Source: an uncultured Chloroflexia bacterium
Lineage (GTDB): Bacteria > Chloroflexota > Limnocylindria > Limnocylindrales > CSP1-4
Assembly: GCA_963828165.1 (NCBI GenBank)
Contig: CAWHDR010000001.1
Span: 1,824,001 to 1,888,000, forward strand
Reading direction: 5' to 3'
DNA length: 64,000 nt
The translations under genes and the position numbers were made by a program. The notes beneath the pieces are model-generated. The model ran no database searches, was not told the origin of the DNA, and worked only from the letters and a program-made list of their open reading frames with translations. Positions 29,505-44,482 of this stretch are shown in pieces. Position 1 is the stretch's first letter. Every line of letters starts with the position of its first letter.

Positions 29505-32500
29505 GTGGCCACCATCCCCTACGCCGAGCTCCACGCCCACACCAATTTCTCGTTCCTCGATGGGGCCTCGCCACCGGACGAGCTGGTCGAGCGGGCCGCG
29601 GCGATCGGCCTGGCCGGGTTGGCCGTCACCGACCGCAACGGCCTCTACGGCACCGTCCGTTTCATGGGCGCAGCCGAGGAGATCGGCATCCACGGCATCG
29701 TCGGGACGGAGATCGAGCTGCTCGATGCCGGCGTCTCCGACCCGGCCGGCGTGGTCGTCCCGTCGCGGCGTCAACGGCGACGCGCGCGAACCGCGGCCAC
29801 GCCGACCACGGAGTCGATCGTGGCGGAAGGCCATCCGTCCCGGCCCCGCCCCGAGCGCGCTCGTCTGCCCGGCCACCGCGACCCGGTCAAGGAGGACCTG
29901 CGCGGGATCGGCGAGCGGGCGCGTGGCCCGCATCTCGTGCTGCTGGCCCGCTCGGCGACAGGCTGGCGGAGCCTGTCGCGACTCATCTCCCGCGCGAACC
30001 TGGCCGGGACCAAGGGCGTGCCGCGCTTCCGCCAGGCCCTCCTCGACGAGCATCACGAAGGCCTCGTGGCGCTGTCGGGTTGTCGCCACGGGGAGATCGC
30101 GCGTCGTCTGCGGGTGGGCGATCGAGCGGGGGCCCGGGCGGTCGCGGAGCGCTACGCGACGCTGTTCGGGCGTGGCGACGATCCCGCCTCGAGCGGCTTC
30201 TTCATCGAGCTCTCGCATCACCTGCTGCCCGACGACGACTGGCTTGTGACGGAGTCGGCGGCGCTCGCCGCCGAGCTCGGACTGCCGGTCGTCGTCACCA
30301 ACGATGTCCACTACGCCACGCCCGACGATCGAGAGCTGCACGACGTCCTCACCGCGATCAAGCATGGCCGGACGCTCGAGACGCTCGCCGACCTGCGTCG
30401 GCCGGACGGCGAGTCGCACCTCAAGACAGGCGACGAGCTGGCGGCGCTCGGCGCGTCATTCGACCCGGAGCCGGCGCGGGCGTGGCGAGAGGGGATCGCC
30501 ACGTCGGTCGAGCTGGCGGCGTCGTGCACGGTCGATCTCGGCTTCGAGCAGTACCGCTTCCCGGGCTTCCCGGTGCCCAAGGGCGAGACCCCGTTCTCGT
30601 ATCTCGTCGAGTTGTGCCAGGCCGGCGCCCGGAAGCGCTATCACCCGCTGACCTCGGCCGTCGTCAAGCGGCTCGCCCACGAGCTCGATGTGATCGAGCG
30701 GGCCGGCCTCGCCGAGTTCTTCCTGATCTGCTGGGACCTGATGCGGTTCGCCAGGGAGCAGGGGATCCCGGCCCAGGGTCGGGGCAGCGCGGCGAGCTCG
30801 ATCGTGGCCTACACCCTCGGGATCAGCCGGGTCGAGCCGATCGGGCACAACCTGCTTTTCGAGCGGTTCATCAACGAGGGTCGGACGACCTATCCGGACG
30901 TCGATATCGACTTCAGCTCGGCACGAAGGGAGGAGGTCATCCAGTACGTCTACAACCGCTACGGACCGGAGCACACGGGGATGGTCTGCAACCTCGTGAC
31001 CTACCGAGCGCGCTCGGCGGTTCGCGAGGTCGGGGTGGCACTCGGGTTCCCGCGGCCGCTCGTCGATCGGGTCGCCAAGGCGCTCGAGACCTACGACTCG
31101 GTCATGGTCCGGCGCGACCTGGAGGCGGACGGCGGCTTTGCCGAGTTCTTCAAGCGGACGGGCGAAGGGGAACCAGCCGAAGCGCTGGCGGCGATGGAGG
31201 CCGAAGGACATGGCCTGGTCGACAGGATGGGCCAGCTCAACACCCGCATCCCGCTCGTCGGGAAGGTGCCGCCATGGCGCCAGCCGCAGGCGCCGGCGGA
31301 CCCGGATGCGCCGAAGCCGTTCGCCTGGCTGCGCGACCTCGAAGGGGACGAGCGGCCGCGGGTGTCGACCCGGCCGCGGGTGTCGACCCGGCCGCGGCCG
31401 GGTTTCGCGACGATCCGCTGGCGCCGCGGACGGCGATCCGGGGTGGCGGCACGTCCGGTGACGAGGGTGGGCCCGGCGACACGCCGGCGAGCGTCGCCTG
31501 GCTGCGCGCGGGGAAGGGAACCGGGTACGCGGAGGAGCGCGATCGCCTCGTGCCGCCGACGCTCGTCGAGGGTCGAGCCATCGATCCGGAGAGTGGCCAG
31601 GTCGAGCCGCCGCCGCGCCAGACCGACCGGCTGGGCAGGCCCACTCGCTGGGATCCGCCGCCGAACGCTCCGAGGTCCAAGGCGGAGCCCCGCGACGCCA
31701 TTGGCCTGAGGATTCCGCCTTCCCCGCCAGCGGCGGCGATGGGTCGGGGTGGGTCGGCGGGTCAGTCGTCGGTCGCTCGCATCGAGCCCGAGGCGCCGCC
31801 GCAGGCCCGCGGCGGTTCCACGGTCGGCCTCAGCCATTGGGAGCGCTGGCTGGAATTCTGCGCTCGGATCGATGGCTTCCCGCGCCATCTCTCGATCCAC
31901 AGCGGCGGCATGCTCGTGACGGCGGCCCCGCTCATCGACATCGCGCCGCTGGAACGGGCGACGATGCCGGATCGCGTCGTCGTCCAGTTCGACAAGCGCG
32001 ATGTCGAGACGCTCAAGCTGATCAAGCTCGACCTGCTCGGCCTGGGGATGCTGGCCGCGATGGACGAGACGCTCCAGCTCATCGAGCACGACTGCGCGGT
32101 CTGTCTCGATCTCGATCGGCTGCCGGAGGACGTGCCCGAGGTCTTCGAGATGCTCCAGGCGGCCGACACGGTCGGCGTCTTCCAGGTCGAGAGCCGGGCG
32201 CAGATGCAGACGCTGCCGAAGTCGCGGCCGCACAACCTCGACGACCTCGTGGTCGAGGTCGCGATCATCCGCCCCGGCCCGATCCAGGGCAACGCCGTCC
32301 ACCCGTACCTGCGGCGCAAGCAGGGCCTGGAGCCCGTGACGTACCTCCATCCGTCGCTGGAGCCGGTGCTGAAGGACTCGATGGGCGTGATCCTCTACCA
32401 GGAGCAGGTCATGCGCATCGCGATCGAGGTCGCGGGGTTCAGCCCGGCCGAATTGGACGGGTTCCGCCGCGCGATGGGGACGTGGCGCTCGACCCGGGAG

Positions 32501-33772
32501 ATGGAGAAGCTCCACCAGCAGTTCGTGGAGGGCGCTCTCCGGCAGCCCGGCATGACCGAGGAGGACGCCGAGGAGCTCTTCCGCCAGGTCGCGGCGTTCG
32601 CGAGCTTCGGGTTCGCGAAGTCACATGCCGCGGCCTTCGCGCGGACGGCCTACGAGTCGGCCTTCCTGAAGCTGTTCTACCCGGCGCAGTTCCTCGTCGG
32701 GCTCATCAACGCGCAGCCGATGGGCTTCTACCCGGTCGAGGTGCTCGTCAACGACGCGAAGCGCCACGGCGTGGCCGTTCTGCCCGTGGACATCAACGGC
32801 TCGTCGTACAAGACCACGACCGAATGGGTGGGCCGGCCGGGCGAGCCGCTGCCGCCCGGTGTCGGGATCGAGGCACGACCGGAGCCCGTCGTCTCGTCCG
32901 CATGCGTGAACCCGTCCGTGGCTGCGCGCGAGGTCTGGACGCCGGAGGTGACGATCGGCTGGGGCGTTCGCCTCGGGCTGCAGCTCGTGAAGGGCATCGG
33001 CGAGCAGCACGAGGCGCTGCTGGACGCCGAGCGGGAGCGCGGGCCGTATCGGAGCCTGGCCGATGTCGTGGAGCGGACCGGGCTGCCTGAGGAGGTACTT
33101 GAGCGGCTCATCCGGAGCGGGGCGATGGATTCGCTGGGTCGACCGCGGCGGGAGCTGTTGTGGCAGTTGCGGGAGGTGGCCGGGGCGTCACGAGGTCGCG
33201 TGGACGGCCGCGCGCTGCGGGCGCTGGGTCGGGCGGCCGGCAAGAAAGGCGCGGCCGCGGGCAGGCCGATGGACCTGCGATTGCCGGCGACGGACGCGCC
33301 GGCACTCCCCGCGATCACCGAGTCGGAGCGGATCGGCGATGCCTACGCGGTCCTCGGCGTGGATGCCCGTCGACAGGTCGTGGGGCTGTTCCGGCCGGCG
33401 CTGGATCGGCTGGGTGCCGTGACGAATGCCGCCCTCGCCGATCGTCGTCCGGGGCACGTCCGGGTGGGGGGCCTGGTCGTGACCCGCCAGCATCCGATGA
33501 CGGCCAAGGGCACGGTCTTCCTCGCCCTGGAAGACGAGACGGGGATGGTCAACGTAACGCTCTGGCCAAGCACGTGGGAGCGGCTGCGCGGGGTCGTGCG
33601 GCGGCACGCGTTGTTGCTGGTGGACGGAGAGCTGCAGCGCGAGGGGATGGTCGTGAACCTCGTCGCGCACGAGATCCGGGCACTCCCCGAGGTGGCCGCC
33701 GAGGCCGGTGGGCCGGAACGGCCGGGCGGCGTCCGCCAGATGGGTCACGCCGGGATGCGGCGTCTCGGCTGA
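29505..33772 (+). CDS. dnaE2: Error-prone DNA polymerase DnaE2/ImuC (frameshift near 31340-31405)
   Basis: ELHAHTNFSFLDG, GRGSAASS, LFERF, PDVDIDF, GFPRHLSIHSGG, KLDLLGLGML, NAQPMGFY, RQHPMTAKGTVFLALEDETG; LexA box upstream. Confidence 0.93.
31353..31397 (+). repeat. 18-nt tandem repeat, 2.5 copies, inside the dnaE2 insertion
   Basis: CGGCCGCGGGTGTCGACC twice, then CGGCCGCGG. Confidence 0.9.
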
Positions 33773-33825
33773 CCGTCGTCGGCGCCGCGGGTCGCGGCGC
33801 GGTCGGTGCTGGGTTCAGCGCGCGG

Positions 33826-34536
33826 TCAGCGGCGCGCGCCCGCCTTCTGGCCCGACGTCGAACGGCTGCGGCCGTCGTTGCCGCGGCGCGCCGGCGGACG
33901 GTTCTTTCCTCGGTTCGGGCTCGACAGCTGCAGGAACCGCCGGTACCACGCCGCCGCGGATGCGAACAGCGCACCCATGATCGGCGAGAAGACGAACGAC
34001 GAGACGATGGCCGCGGACGGCTCCAGGGCGAACACTTCAGCGAAGCCCGCCGGCAGGAGCCCGGCGTACCCGAGGACGGTGTAGCAGATCGCGCTCACCA
34101 GACCGACGATCACGCCCAGTAGCCAGCTGGCCCGCGGCGCGAGGAAGCCCGCGATGAACACCCCGCCGATGGCGGGTGTGACGACGAAGTACTGGAAGGC
34201 GAACTGGCTCAGGACGTCTGCCCCCCGCGAGACACCCGTCAGCGCCGCCGCACCGATCGTGAGCAGGATGGGCAGCCACAGCGCCTTGTTCGTTACGAGC
34301 CGGGGGAGGGCTCGGAAGTCACCCGGCGCATCGAGCGGCCGGAATGCCAGGCGAACGGCGCTGAAGATCCCGATCCGCCCGGTCCCGTCCGGACCCGAGC
34401 GGCTTGCGCCCTGCCTGGTGGCCGGGGCGTCGGCCTCGGCCGTTTCATCGTCGAGGTTCGTGTCGTCGAGGAGCCCGTGCTCGGCTCGATAGCGCCGGCG
34501 TGCCTCGGCGCGGGTGGTTCTCTTGGCGCGAGCCAC
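33826..34536 (-). CDS. Hypothetical membrane protein
   Basis: Basic N-terminus MARAKRTTRAEARRRYR, about 4 TM helices; AGGAG RBS. Confidence 0.75.
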   Translation of the reverse strand: MARAKRTTRAEARRRYRAEHGLLDDTNLDDETAEADAPATRQGASRSGPDGTGRIGIFSAVRLAFRPLDAPGDFRALPRLVTNKALWLPILLTIGAAALTGVSRGADVLSQFAFQYFVVTPAIGGVFIAGFLAPRASWLLGVIVGLVSAICYTVLGYAGLLPAGFAEVFALEPSAAIVSSFVFSPIMGALFASAAAWYRRFLQLSSPNRGKNRPPARRGNDGRSRSTSGQKAGARR

Positions 34537-34686
34537 GGTCACTCCTGGGTTCGTCAGAGGGTGGGGCGGTGCGCGCCATCGTAGTCGATAAGTCCGGGGT
34601 AAGGGCCATCTGGTATCACTCATCTGGCGCCGCCGCTCGCCCGACCCCGCCGGTTCGCCCGCCCGTTCCCCGCCGGGAGGTCACCC

Positions 34687-37600
34687 ATGGATCGCGCCCG
34701 GCGCGCGGGGTCTGCCGCGCTCGTCATCGCCCTCATCCTGGTCTCGGTGGGATCGCCCGCCGGGGCGCCCCGGGCCAGCGCGGCCGAGGTCGCGTGGCCC
34801 GTCTCGACCCTGGTGGTGTCGGAGCTCCAGACCGGCGGTGCCGGCGCGTCCGACGAGCTCGTCGAGATCGCCAACCAGGGTACGGGACCGGTCGATCTCG
34901 TCGGCCTCGAGCTCGTGTACGCGACGTCCTCGGGATCGACCGTGACCCGCAAGGCTTCGTGGGACGCCTCGTTCGTCCTCGATGCCGGCCGACGGGTGCT
35001 CGTCGTGAATGGCGCGGGCGTCTACGCGGCGGTCGGGGACAAGGTCTACACGGGCGGCTTCGCCGCGACCGGAGGCGCCGTCGCGCTGCGGGTGATCGGC
35101 GGGACCGTCGTGGACGCGCTGGGCTGGGGCGATGCGACGAACCCATTCGTGGAAGGCGGGCCCGCCGTCGCGCCGCCTGCCGGGTCCAGCCTGGAGCGGT
35201 CCCCCGGGGGCACGCTCGGGAACGGCGTCGACACCAACGACAACGCCCTCGATTGGTTCGTGAACCCTGCCCCGAACCCGCAACGCTCCAGCGACGATCC
35301 TGTGCCGGCGCCTGGTCCGACGCCGACGCCCATGCCCGGACCGACGCCGACGCCAACGCCCGGACCGACGCCGACCCCGACTCCGACGCCCACGCCCGGA
35401 CCGACGCCGACCCCAACGCCGACTCCGACCCCGACCCCCACGCCCGGACCGACGCCGACTCCGACCCCGACCCCCACTCCGGCCCCGTCGATCGCCCCCA
35501 TGACCATCGCGGCCGCCCGAGCCCTCCCCGACGACTCGGTGGTCACCGTCACGGGCACGCTCACGACGGAGCTCGGTGCCCTCGAGAGCGGCCGAACCGC
35601 GTATCTCCAGGACGCGACGGCCGGGATCTCGATCTATCTCGATGCGGCCGTCGTCAGTGCCATGCCGGCAGGGACGGCCGTGATCGTGAGCGGCCCCCTC
35701 GACACGCGGTATGCGCAGCGCACGATCCGTGCCGCCGAGGCCGACATCGTCGTCGTCGGCCAAGGCGTCATTCCGGAGGCGATCGCGATCGCGACCGTCG
35801 CCGGAGACGAGGCGTTCGAAGGCCGACGTGTGTCGGTGGGAGGGTCCGTCGTCGGTGGTTCGGACGTGCTTGCGGACGGCCTTGCCGTGTCCGTCGATGA
35901 CGGCACGGGCCCGATCCGGATCGTCGTCACGCCGGATGCGCTCGGCGAGCGAGCGTTGACGGACGGGACCCTCGTCACGGTCGCGGGATCGCTCGGTCAG
36001 CGTGACAGCAGCGGGACCGGCACGGCCGGCTATCGCCTGTACGTCACCGCGGCGACCGACCTGGTGATCCAGCGCCCGACCCCGACGCCAACGCCGTCTC
36101 CGACGCCCACGCCGACCGCCTCCCCCGGGCCGACACCGACCCATTCGCCGGGTCCGACATCCTCACCGACGCCACCGCCGTCCGTGTCACCGACGCCCGG
36201 CACCACGCCCCTCACGATCGCCAGCGCGAGGACCAGGTCCATCGGCTCGACCGTGACCGTCCGCGGCATCGTGTCCGCCGAGCCCGGCCGACTCGGCTCG
36301 CCCGCCCTGCTCGCCATCGCGGACACGAGCGGCGGGATCGTGGTGAAGCTGCCCGATGGTGCCCGGGCGCCCGCTCGCGGGGCGATGCTCGAGATGCGCG
36401 GCAAGCTCGCCGATCCGTACGGCCAGCTCGAGATCCGCCCGGCCGCCGATGCAATCTCGGGCGGGCTGGGTTCCGGTGCCTTGCCCGCTGCGATCGGCCT
36501 GGGTTCCCGCGGACCCGACGAGGCGACCGAAGGAAAGCTTGTGGTCCTGACCGGCACGGTCGTCGAGAAACCCACGAAGGCGGCCAGCGGCGACATCGCG
36601 CTCTGGGTCGAAACGACCGCTGGGATCCGCGTCCGCGTGATGGCCGATGCCTCGAGCCGGATCATGTCGACGACCGTGTCCAAGGGCGCGACGTACCGTC
36701 TGACCGGCGTTGCCGGCCAGCGGGCGTCCCGGAAGGGCGCGCTCGACGGGTACCGCGTCTGGCTGCGCGACTCCGGGGACCTCGACCTCCTCGCGGGGCC
36801 ACCCGCGTCGCCATCGTCCCCACCTTCCTCTTCGTCATCGCCGAAGCCGACCGCGGGCACGTCACCGCGGCCATCCACGAGCATGCCGGCCGACGGCAAG
36901 GCCATCTCGGTCGCTACGGCGCTGCGGACCACCGATCGCGACGTGGTCATCGAGTCGGTCGTGACGGCGCCTTCGTCTCTCCTGGACGCGACGGGCCGCA
37001 GGATCGTCGTCCAAGACGGGACCGGCGCGATCGAGGTCCTGCTCCCGAAGGACGTCCCGGCCCCGGGAGTCGGCACCCGGATCCGTCTGACCGGCCGGGT
37101 GGGCGTTGCGTACGGTGCCCCACGGCTCCGGGCAGAAGCGATGGAGCGGCTGGGCTCCGGGAAGATCCCTGCGCCACTGCGCGTGCGCGGGCCCGTGGGG
37201 GCGGCACACACGTGGCGGCTCGTCACGGTGTCCGGTCGCATCGACGACGTGCGGAAGCTCGGGGATCGTTGGCGTGCCGAGATCGTGGTGGGAGCGGCGC
37301 ACCTGGTCGTCGTCGGCCAGCCCGGTGCGAGGATCCCGGTCGAGACCGTCGCCGAGGGACGCTCGATCGAGCTGACGGGCATCGTCCGGCCGGCCTACCC
37401 GAGCGCGACCGATCGCCGCCCGACGATCCTGCCGCGGTCGCGGGGCGACGTCAGCGTCGGCGGCGGACCGACGGATGGGGGTCCGACCAGCGGGGCATCG
37501 ATTGCCGGTGCCACGTCCGGTGGCGACGCTGGCGGCGCGCCTTCGTCTATCGGTACCGGAACGGCGAGCGGCACCCCGGCCGGGCATACCGTGACCGATG

Positions 37601-38181
37601 CCGATCTCGCCGACCTCGCATCGATCCTCGGCGAGACGGTCCGCGTCGGCGGCCTCGTCCTCGACGTCCGGCCCGACGGCTTCACCCTGGATGACGGCAC
37701 TGCGCACGCGCCGGTCGTCCTGCGCGACGAAGCCGCGGACTGGATCCCCCTCGTCGAACCAGAGGACGCGATCAACGTGATCGGCCGGGTCGAGCGGCTG
37801 GACGATGGAGCGCTCGCGGTGACCGTCACCGATCCGGCCGCCATCGCGCTCGGCAGTGACCCGACCGCACTCGGTGTCGGGCTTGCAGCCCCGAGCGCTG
37901 CCAGTCCGGCGGACAAGGAGATGGTGGGCGTGGCGGGGCCACGGTCGGCTGGGTTCGGTGACGACCTCGGGGCGCTCCCGGGCGCCGGAGCGGGCCTCGC
38001 GTCGCTCGTCGGGATCAGCCTGTTGTCGCTCGGCGTGACCCTCCTGCGACGGCGGCAGGCCCGTCGGTTGCTGACCGCCCGCGTGGCCGCGCGGCTGTCC
38101 TCGATCGGCGGCACGGAGGCCCTCGACGGGTCGATCGTTGGGGTCCGCGCCGGGGCGGACGGGCGCACTGGCATGGGCTGA
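34687..38181 (+). CDS. Surface protein: signal peptide, lamin-tail domain, multiple OB-fold-like repeats, PT linkers, C-terminal TM
   Basis: [18 protein letters not shown] (LTD); repeated [19 protein letters not shown] modules; (PT)n linkers; TM followed by RRR. Confidence 0.8.
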   Translation: MDRARRAGSAALVIALILVSVGSPAGAPRASAAEVAWPVSTLVVSELQTGGAGASDELVEIANQGTGPVDLVGLELVYATSSGSTVTRKASWDASFVLDAGRRVLVVNGAGVYAAVGDKVYTGGFAATGGAVALRVIGGTVVDALGWGDATNPFVEGGPAVAPPAGSSLERSPGGTLGNGVDTNDNALDWFVNPAPNPQRSSDDPVPAPGPTPTPMPGPTPTPTPGPTPTPTPTPTPGPTPTPTPTPTPTPTPGPTPTPTPTPTPAPSIAPMTIAAARALPDDSVVTVTGTLTTELGALESGRTAYLQDATAGISIYLDAAVVSAMPAGTAVIVSGPLDTRYAQRTIRAAEADIVVVGQGVIPEAIAIATVAGDEAFEGRRVSVGGSVVGGSDVLADGLAVSVDDGTGPIRIVVTPDALGERALTDGTLVTVAGSLGQRDSSGTGTAGYRLYVTAATDLVIQRPTPTPTPSPTPTPTASPGPTPTHSPGPTSSPTPPPSVSPTPGTTPLTIASARTRSIGSTVTVRGIVSAEPGRLGSPALLAIADTSGGIVVKLPDGARAPARGAMLEMRGKLADPYGQLEIRPAADAISGGLGSGALPAAIGLGSRGPDEATEGKLVVLTGTVVEKPTKAASGDIALWVETTAGIRVRVMADASSRIMSTTVSKGATYRLTGVAGQRASRKGALDGYRVWLRDSGDLDLLAGPPASPSSPPSSSSSPKPTAGTSPRPSTSMPADGKAISVATALRTTDRDVVIESVVTAPSSLLDATGRRIVVQDGTGAIEVLLPKDVPAPGVGTRIRLTGRVGVAYGAPRLRAEAMERLGSGKIPAPLRVRGPVGAAHTWRLVTVSGRIDDVRKLGDRWRAEIVVGAAHLVVVGQPGARIPVETVAEGRSIELTGIVRPAYPSATDRRPTILPRSRGDVSVGGGPTDGGPTSGASIAGATSGGDAGGAPSSIGTGTASGTPAGHTVTDADLADLASILGETVRVGGLVLDVRPDGFTLDDGTAHAPVVLRDEAADWIPLVEPEDAINVIGRVERLDDGALAVTVTDPAAIALGSDPTALGVGLAAPSAASPADKEMVGVAGPRSAGFGDDLGALPGAGAGLASLVGISLLSLGVTLLRRRQARRLLTARVAARLSSIGGTEALDGSIVGVRAGADGRTGMG

Positions 38182-38251
38182 ACGTGGCTCGAACGGGAGC
38201 CATGCGTGAGCTGAGCGTGGCGCGACGGGCGTCATCCACGCTCAGCCACGC

Positions 38252-38281
38252 TTGACTCACGCACGAACAGGGGCCTATCCT
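38252..38281 (+). promoter_or_regulatory. Sigma70-type promoter for udp
   Basis: TTGACT-N18-TATCCT. Confidence 0.6.
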
Positions 38282-38330
38282 CGGCCGAGTTTCGCGCCAG
38301 CGAAGCAGCCACGTGAGCGAGGGAGAGGTT

Positions 38331-39209
38331 TTGCCGAACGCGGAAACCCGCGTCGAAAGCCCGAGAGATCGCCGGATAGCGATCCCTGAAGGGGAACGGC
38401 AGTACCACATCGGACTCGGACGGGGAGACCTGGCCGAGTACATCCTCCTCCCCGGCGACCCTGATCGGACATCCCGGATCGCGACGCGCCTCGATTCCAT
38501 CGAGCTCGAGCACCAACACCGGGAGTTCGCCACCGTCACCGGGACGTTTCGAGGTCAGCGGGTCTCGGTCGTATCGACCGGGATCGGCACGGACAACGTC
38601 GAGATCGTCGTGGCCGAGATCCTGGCGATCACGGAACGGCCCACCTTTATCCGTGTCGGGTCGTGTGGGGCGCTGCAGCCGGAGATGAACCTGGGAGACC
38701 TGGTCATCACCACGGGTGCGGTCCGCCTCGAATCGACCACCAGCTTCTTCGTCCACGATGGGTATCCCGCGGTCGCCGATTACGAAGCGATCTCGGCACT
38801 CGTCGAGGCCGCGGAGCGACTCGGTCACCGCTACCACGTCGGTGTGACGGCGACAGCACCGGGATTCTTCGGGGCGCAAGGGCGTCCCATCCCGCAGCTG
38901 CCGATCCGCTACCCCGATCTGGCAGAGGACATGGCGCGCCAGCGTGTCATGAACTTCGAGATGGAGGCATCGGCCCTGCTCGTCCTCGCGTCCCTCGCCC
39001 GGTGTCGAGCCGGTGTCGTCTGTGCGGTGTATGCCAATCGGACGACCGGTGAGTTCGTCGGTGGAGCGACAAAGGATGCGGCAGAGGCTGCCTGCGTCGA
39101 CACGGGCTTGGAGGGCCTGATCGTGCTCGCCGAGATGGATGCCCAGAAACGAACCGCATCGACGGACCGCTGGCGCCCGTCGCTGTGGACCACTACCGCG
39201 CGTCCCTGA
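38331..39209 (+). CDS. udp: Uridine/nucleoside phosphorylase (start uncertain, 38313 or 38331)
   Basis: QYHIGL, LPGDPDR, HREF, STGIG, IRVGSCG, FFGAQGR, NFEMEAS. Confidence 0.88.
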   Translation: MPNAETRVESPRDRRIAIPEGERQYHIGLGRGDLAEYILLPGDPDRTSRIATRLDSIELEHQHREFATVTGTFRGQRVSVVSTGIGTDNVEIVVAEILAITERPTFIRVGSCGALQPEMNLGDLVITTGAVRLESTTSFFVHDGYPAVADYEAISALVEAAERLGHRYHVGVTATAPGFFGAQGRPIPQLPIRYPDLAEDMARQRVMNFEMEASALLVLASLARCRAGVVCAVYANRTTGEFVGGATKDAAEAACVDTGLEGLIVLAEMDAQKRTASTDRWRPSLWTTTARP

Positions 39210-39269
39210 GAGCGGGTGCGGGACGAAGGTTCCCGTGACGCTCCGATCGCATCCCGAGGAGGAACCCGA

Positions 39270-39410
39270 ATGGCAGAGGCCTATTGCGTCAAGGACAAGC
39301 AGAAGGTCGAAGTCCTGAACCCCCAGCGCATCACCATGAAGAACGGCAAGGCGGCCCTGCAGGGCACCTGTCCGATCTGTGGTGGCAAGGTCTTCAAGAT
39401 CGGCGGCTGA
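39270..39410 (+). CDS. Small DUF5679-like protein
   Basis: GAGGAGG RBS; MAEAYCVKDKQKVEVLNPQRITMKNGKAALQGTCPICGGKVFKIGG. Confidence 0.85.
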   Translation: MAEAYCVKDKQKVEVLNPQRITMKNGKAALQGTCPICGGKVFKIGG

Positions 39411-39434
39411 CCCCGTCCTTCGAACGATCAAGGC

Positions 39435-39468
39435 GAACGGCCCCCGCCGGCGACGGCGGGGGCCGTTC
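39435..39468 (+). terminator. Terminator-like hairpin
   Basis: Perfect 15-bp stem GAACGGCCCCCGCCG with GCGA tetraloop; weak U-tract. Confidence 0.7.
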
Positions 39469-39605
39469 CATGCCCGCGCCGGCCGTGGTGGCCGCGCAGG
39501 ACCCCTTTGCTAGAATGGGCGGCGATCCCCACGACGTTCTTCCCGCACGCCCGCAACCCCGCTCATCCACTCGCGGTCCGACCCCGACCGCCAGGAGGTC
39601 CCACG

Positions 39606-40628
39606 ATGGCAGTCCGCGTCGGCATCAACGGCTTCGGCCGTATCGGCCGCCAATCGCTCAAGGCGCTGATCGAGCGCGCGCCGGACGTGGAGGTCATCGC
39701 CGTCAACGACCTCGTGGACGCGGAGATGAACGCCCTGCTCTTCAAGCACGACTCGACCTACGGCGCCTACGACGGCGAGGTCAAGGCCGGCGACAGCTCG
39801 ATCATCATCGATGGTCGCGAGATCAAGATCCTTGCCGAGCGCGACCCGGCGGCACTCCCGTGGGGCGACCTCGGGGTGGAGATCGTCCTCGAATCGACCG
39901 GCATCTTCACCAGCGCCGAGAAGGCACGCGCGCACATCGATGCCGGTGCCCAGAAGGTCATCATCAGTGCGCCGGCCAAGAACGAGGACATCACCATCGT
40001 CCTCGGTGTCAACGAGGATCGTTACGATCCGGCCAGCCACCACATCATCAGCAACGCCTCGTGCACGACGAACTGCCTCGCCCCGGCGGCCAAGGTCGTC
40101 AACGACCTGCTCGGCATCGAGAAGGGGCTGATGAACACGATCCACAGCTACACGAACGACCAGCGCATCCTGGACGTGGCGCACAGCGACCCGCGGCGTG
40201 CTCGAAGCGCCGGCCAGAACATCATCCCGACGACGACCGGCGCGGCGAAGGCGCTCGCGCTCGTGATCCCGGACCTGAAGGGCAAGTTCGACGGGTTCAG
40301 CCTGCGCGTGCCCACCCCGACGGTGAGCGTCGTCGACTTCACCGCGACCGTCCGACGCGAGACCAGCGTCGAGGAGCTGAACGACGCGTTCCGAACTGCC
40401 GCCGCCGGCCCCATGCAGGGCATCCTCGGCGTATCGGACGAGCCGCTCGTCTCGATGGACTTCAAGGGCGACAGCCGTTCCTCGATCATCGACGCCGATT
40501 CGACGATGGTCCTGGGCGGGGACATGGTCAAGGTCATCAGCTGGTACGACAACGAGTGGGGCTACAGCTGCCGCGTTGCCGACCTCATCGCCTTCGTGGC
40601 GGCCAGACTGCCGGTCGCGGCCGCCTGA
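39606..40628 (+). CDS. gap: Glyceraldehyde-3-phosphate dehydrogenase type I
   Basis: [28 protein letters not shown]; AGGAGG RBS. Confidence 0.98.
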   Translation: MAVRVGINGFGRIGRQSLKALIERAPDVEVIAVNDLVDAEMNALLFKHDSTYGAYDGEVKAGDSSIIIDGREIKILAERDPAALPWGDLGVEIVLESTGIFTSAEKARAHIDAGAQKVIISAPAKNEDITIVLGVNEDRYDPASHHIISNASCTTNCLAPAAKVVNDLLGIEKGLMNTIHSYTNDQRILDVAHSDPRRARSAGQNIIPTTTGAAKALALVIPDLKGKFDGFSLRVPTPTVSVVDFTATVRRETSVEELNDAFRTAAAGPMQGILGVSDEPLVSMDFKGDSRSSIIDADSTMVLGGDMVKVISWYDNEWGYSCRVADLIAFVAARLPVAAA

Positions 40629-40703
40629 CCCCGCCCATCCCGGCGACGGCTCGCGAGCCCGTCGTCCGCTGGCGGTCACACGCCGGCAAGGAGCACTGAC
40701 CGA

Positions 40704-44401
<3,698 letters not shown>

Positions 44402-44482
44402 GGATCGGCCAGCCGGCGCATGACGACGCCCTGGGTGGAGCCCAGGGCGGTCGAGATCGGCGAGGCGCTCGCGAGCCCCGGG

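Noticed and set aside
31150-31835. Intein in dnaE2
   Set aside because: No N-terminal C/S block, no terminal HN followed by C/S/T, no LAGLIDADG motif; the sequence is low-complexity
35310-35490. Short repeats resembling a CRISPR array or VNTR
   Set aside because: In-frame Pro-Thr linker codons with no unique spacers and no cas genes
38295-38312. SRP RNA-like GAAGCAGCC motif
   Set aside because: Lacks the preceding CAGG..GGAAG helix-8 context and the long SRP stem
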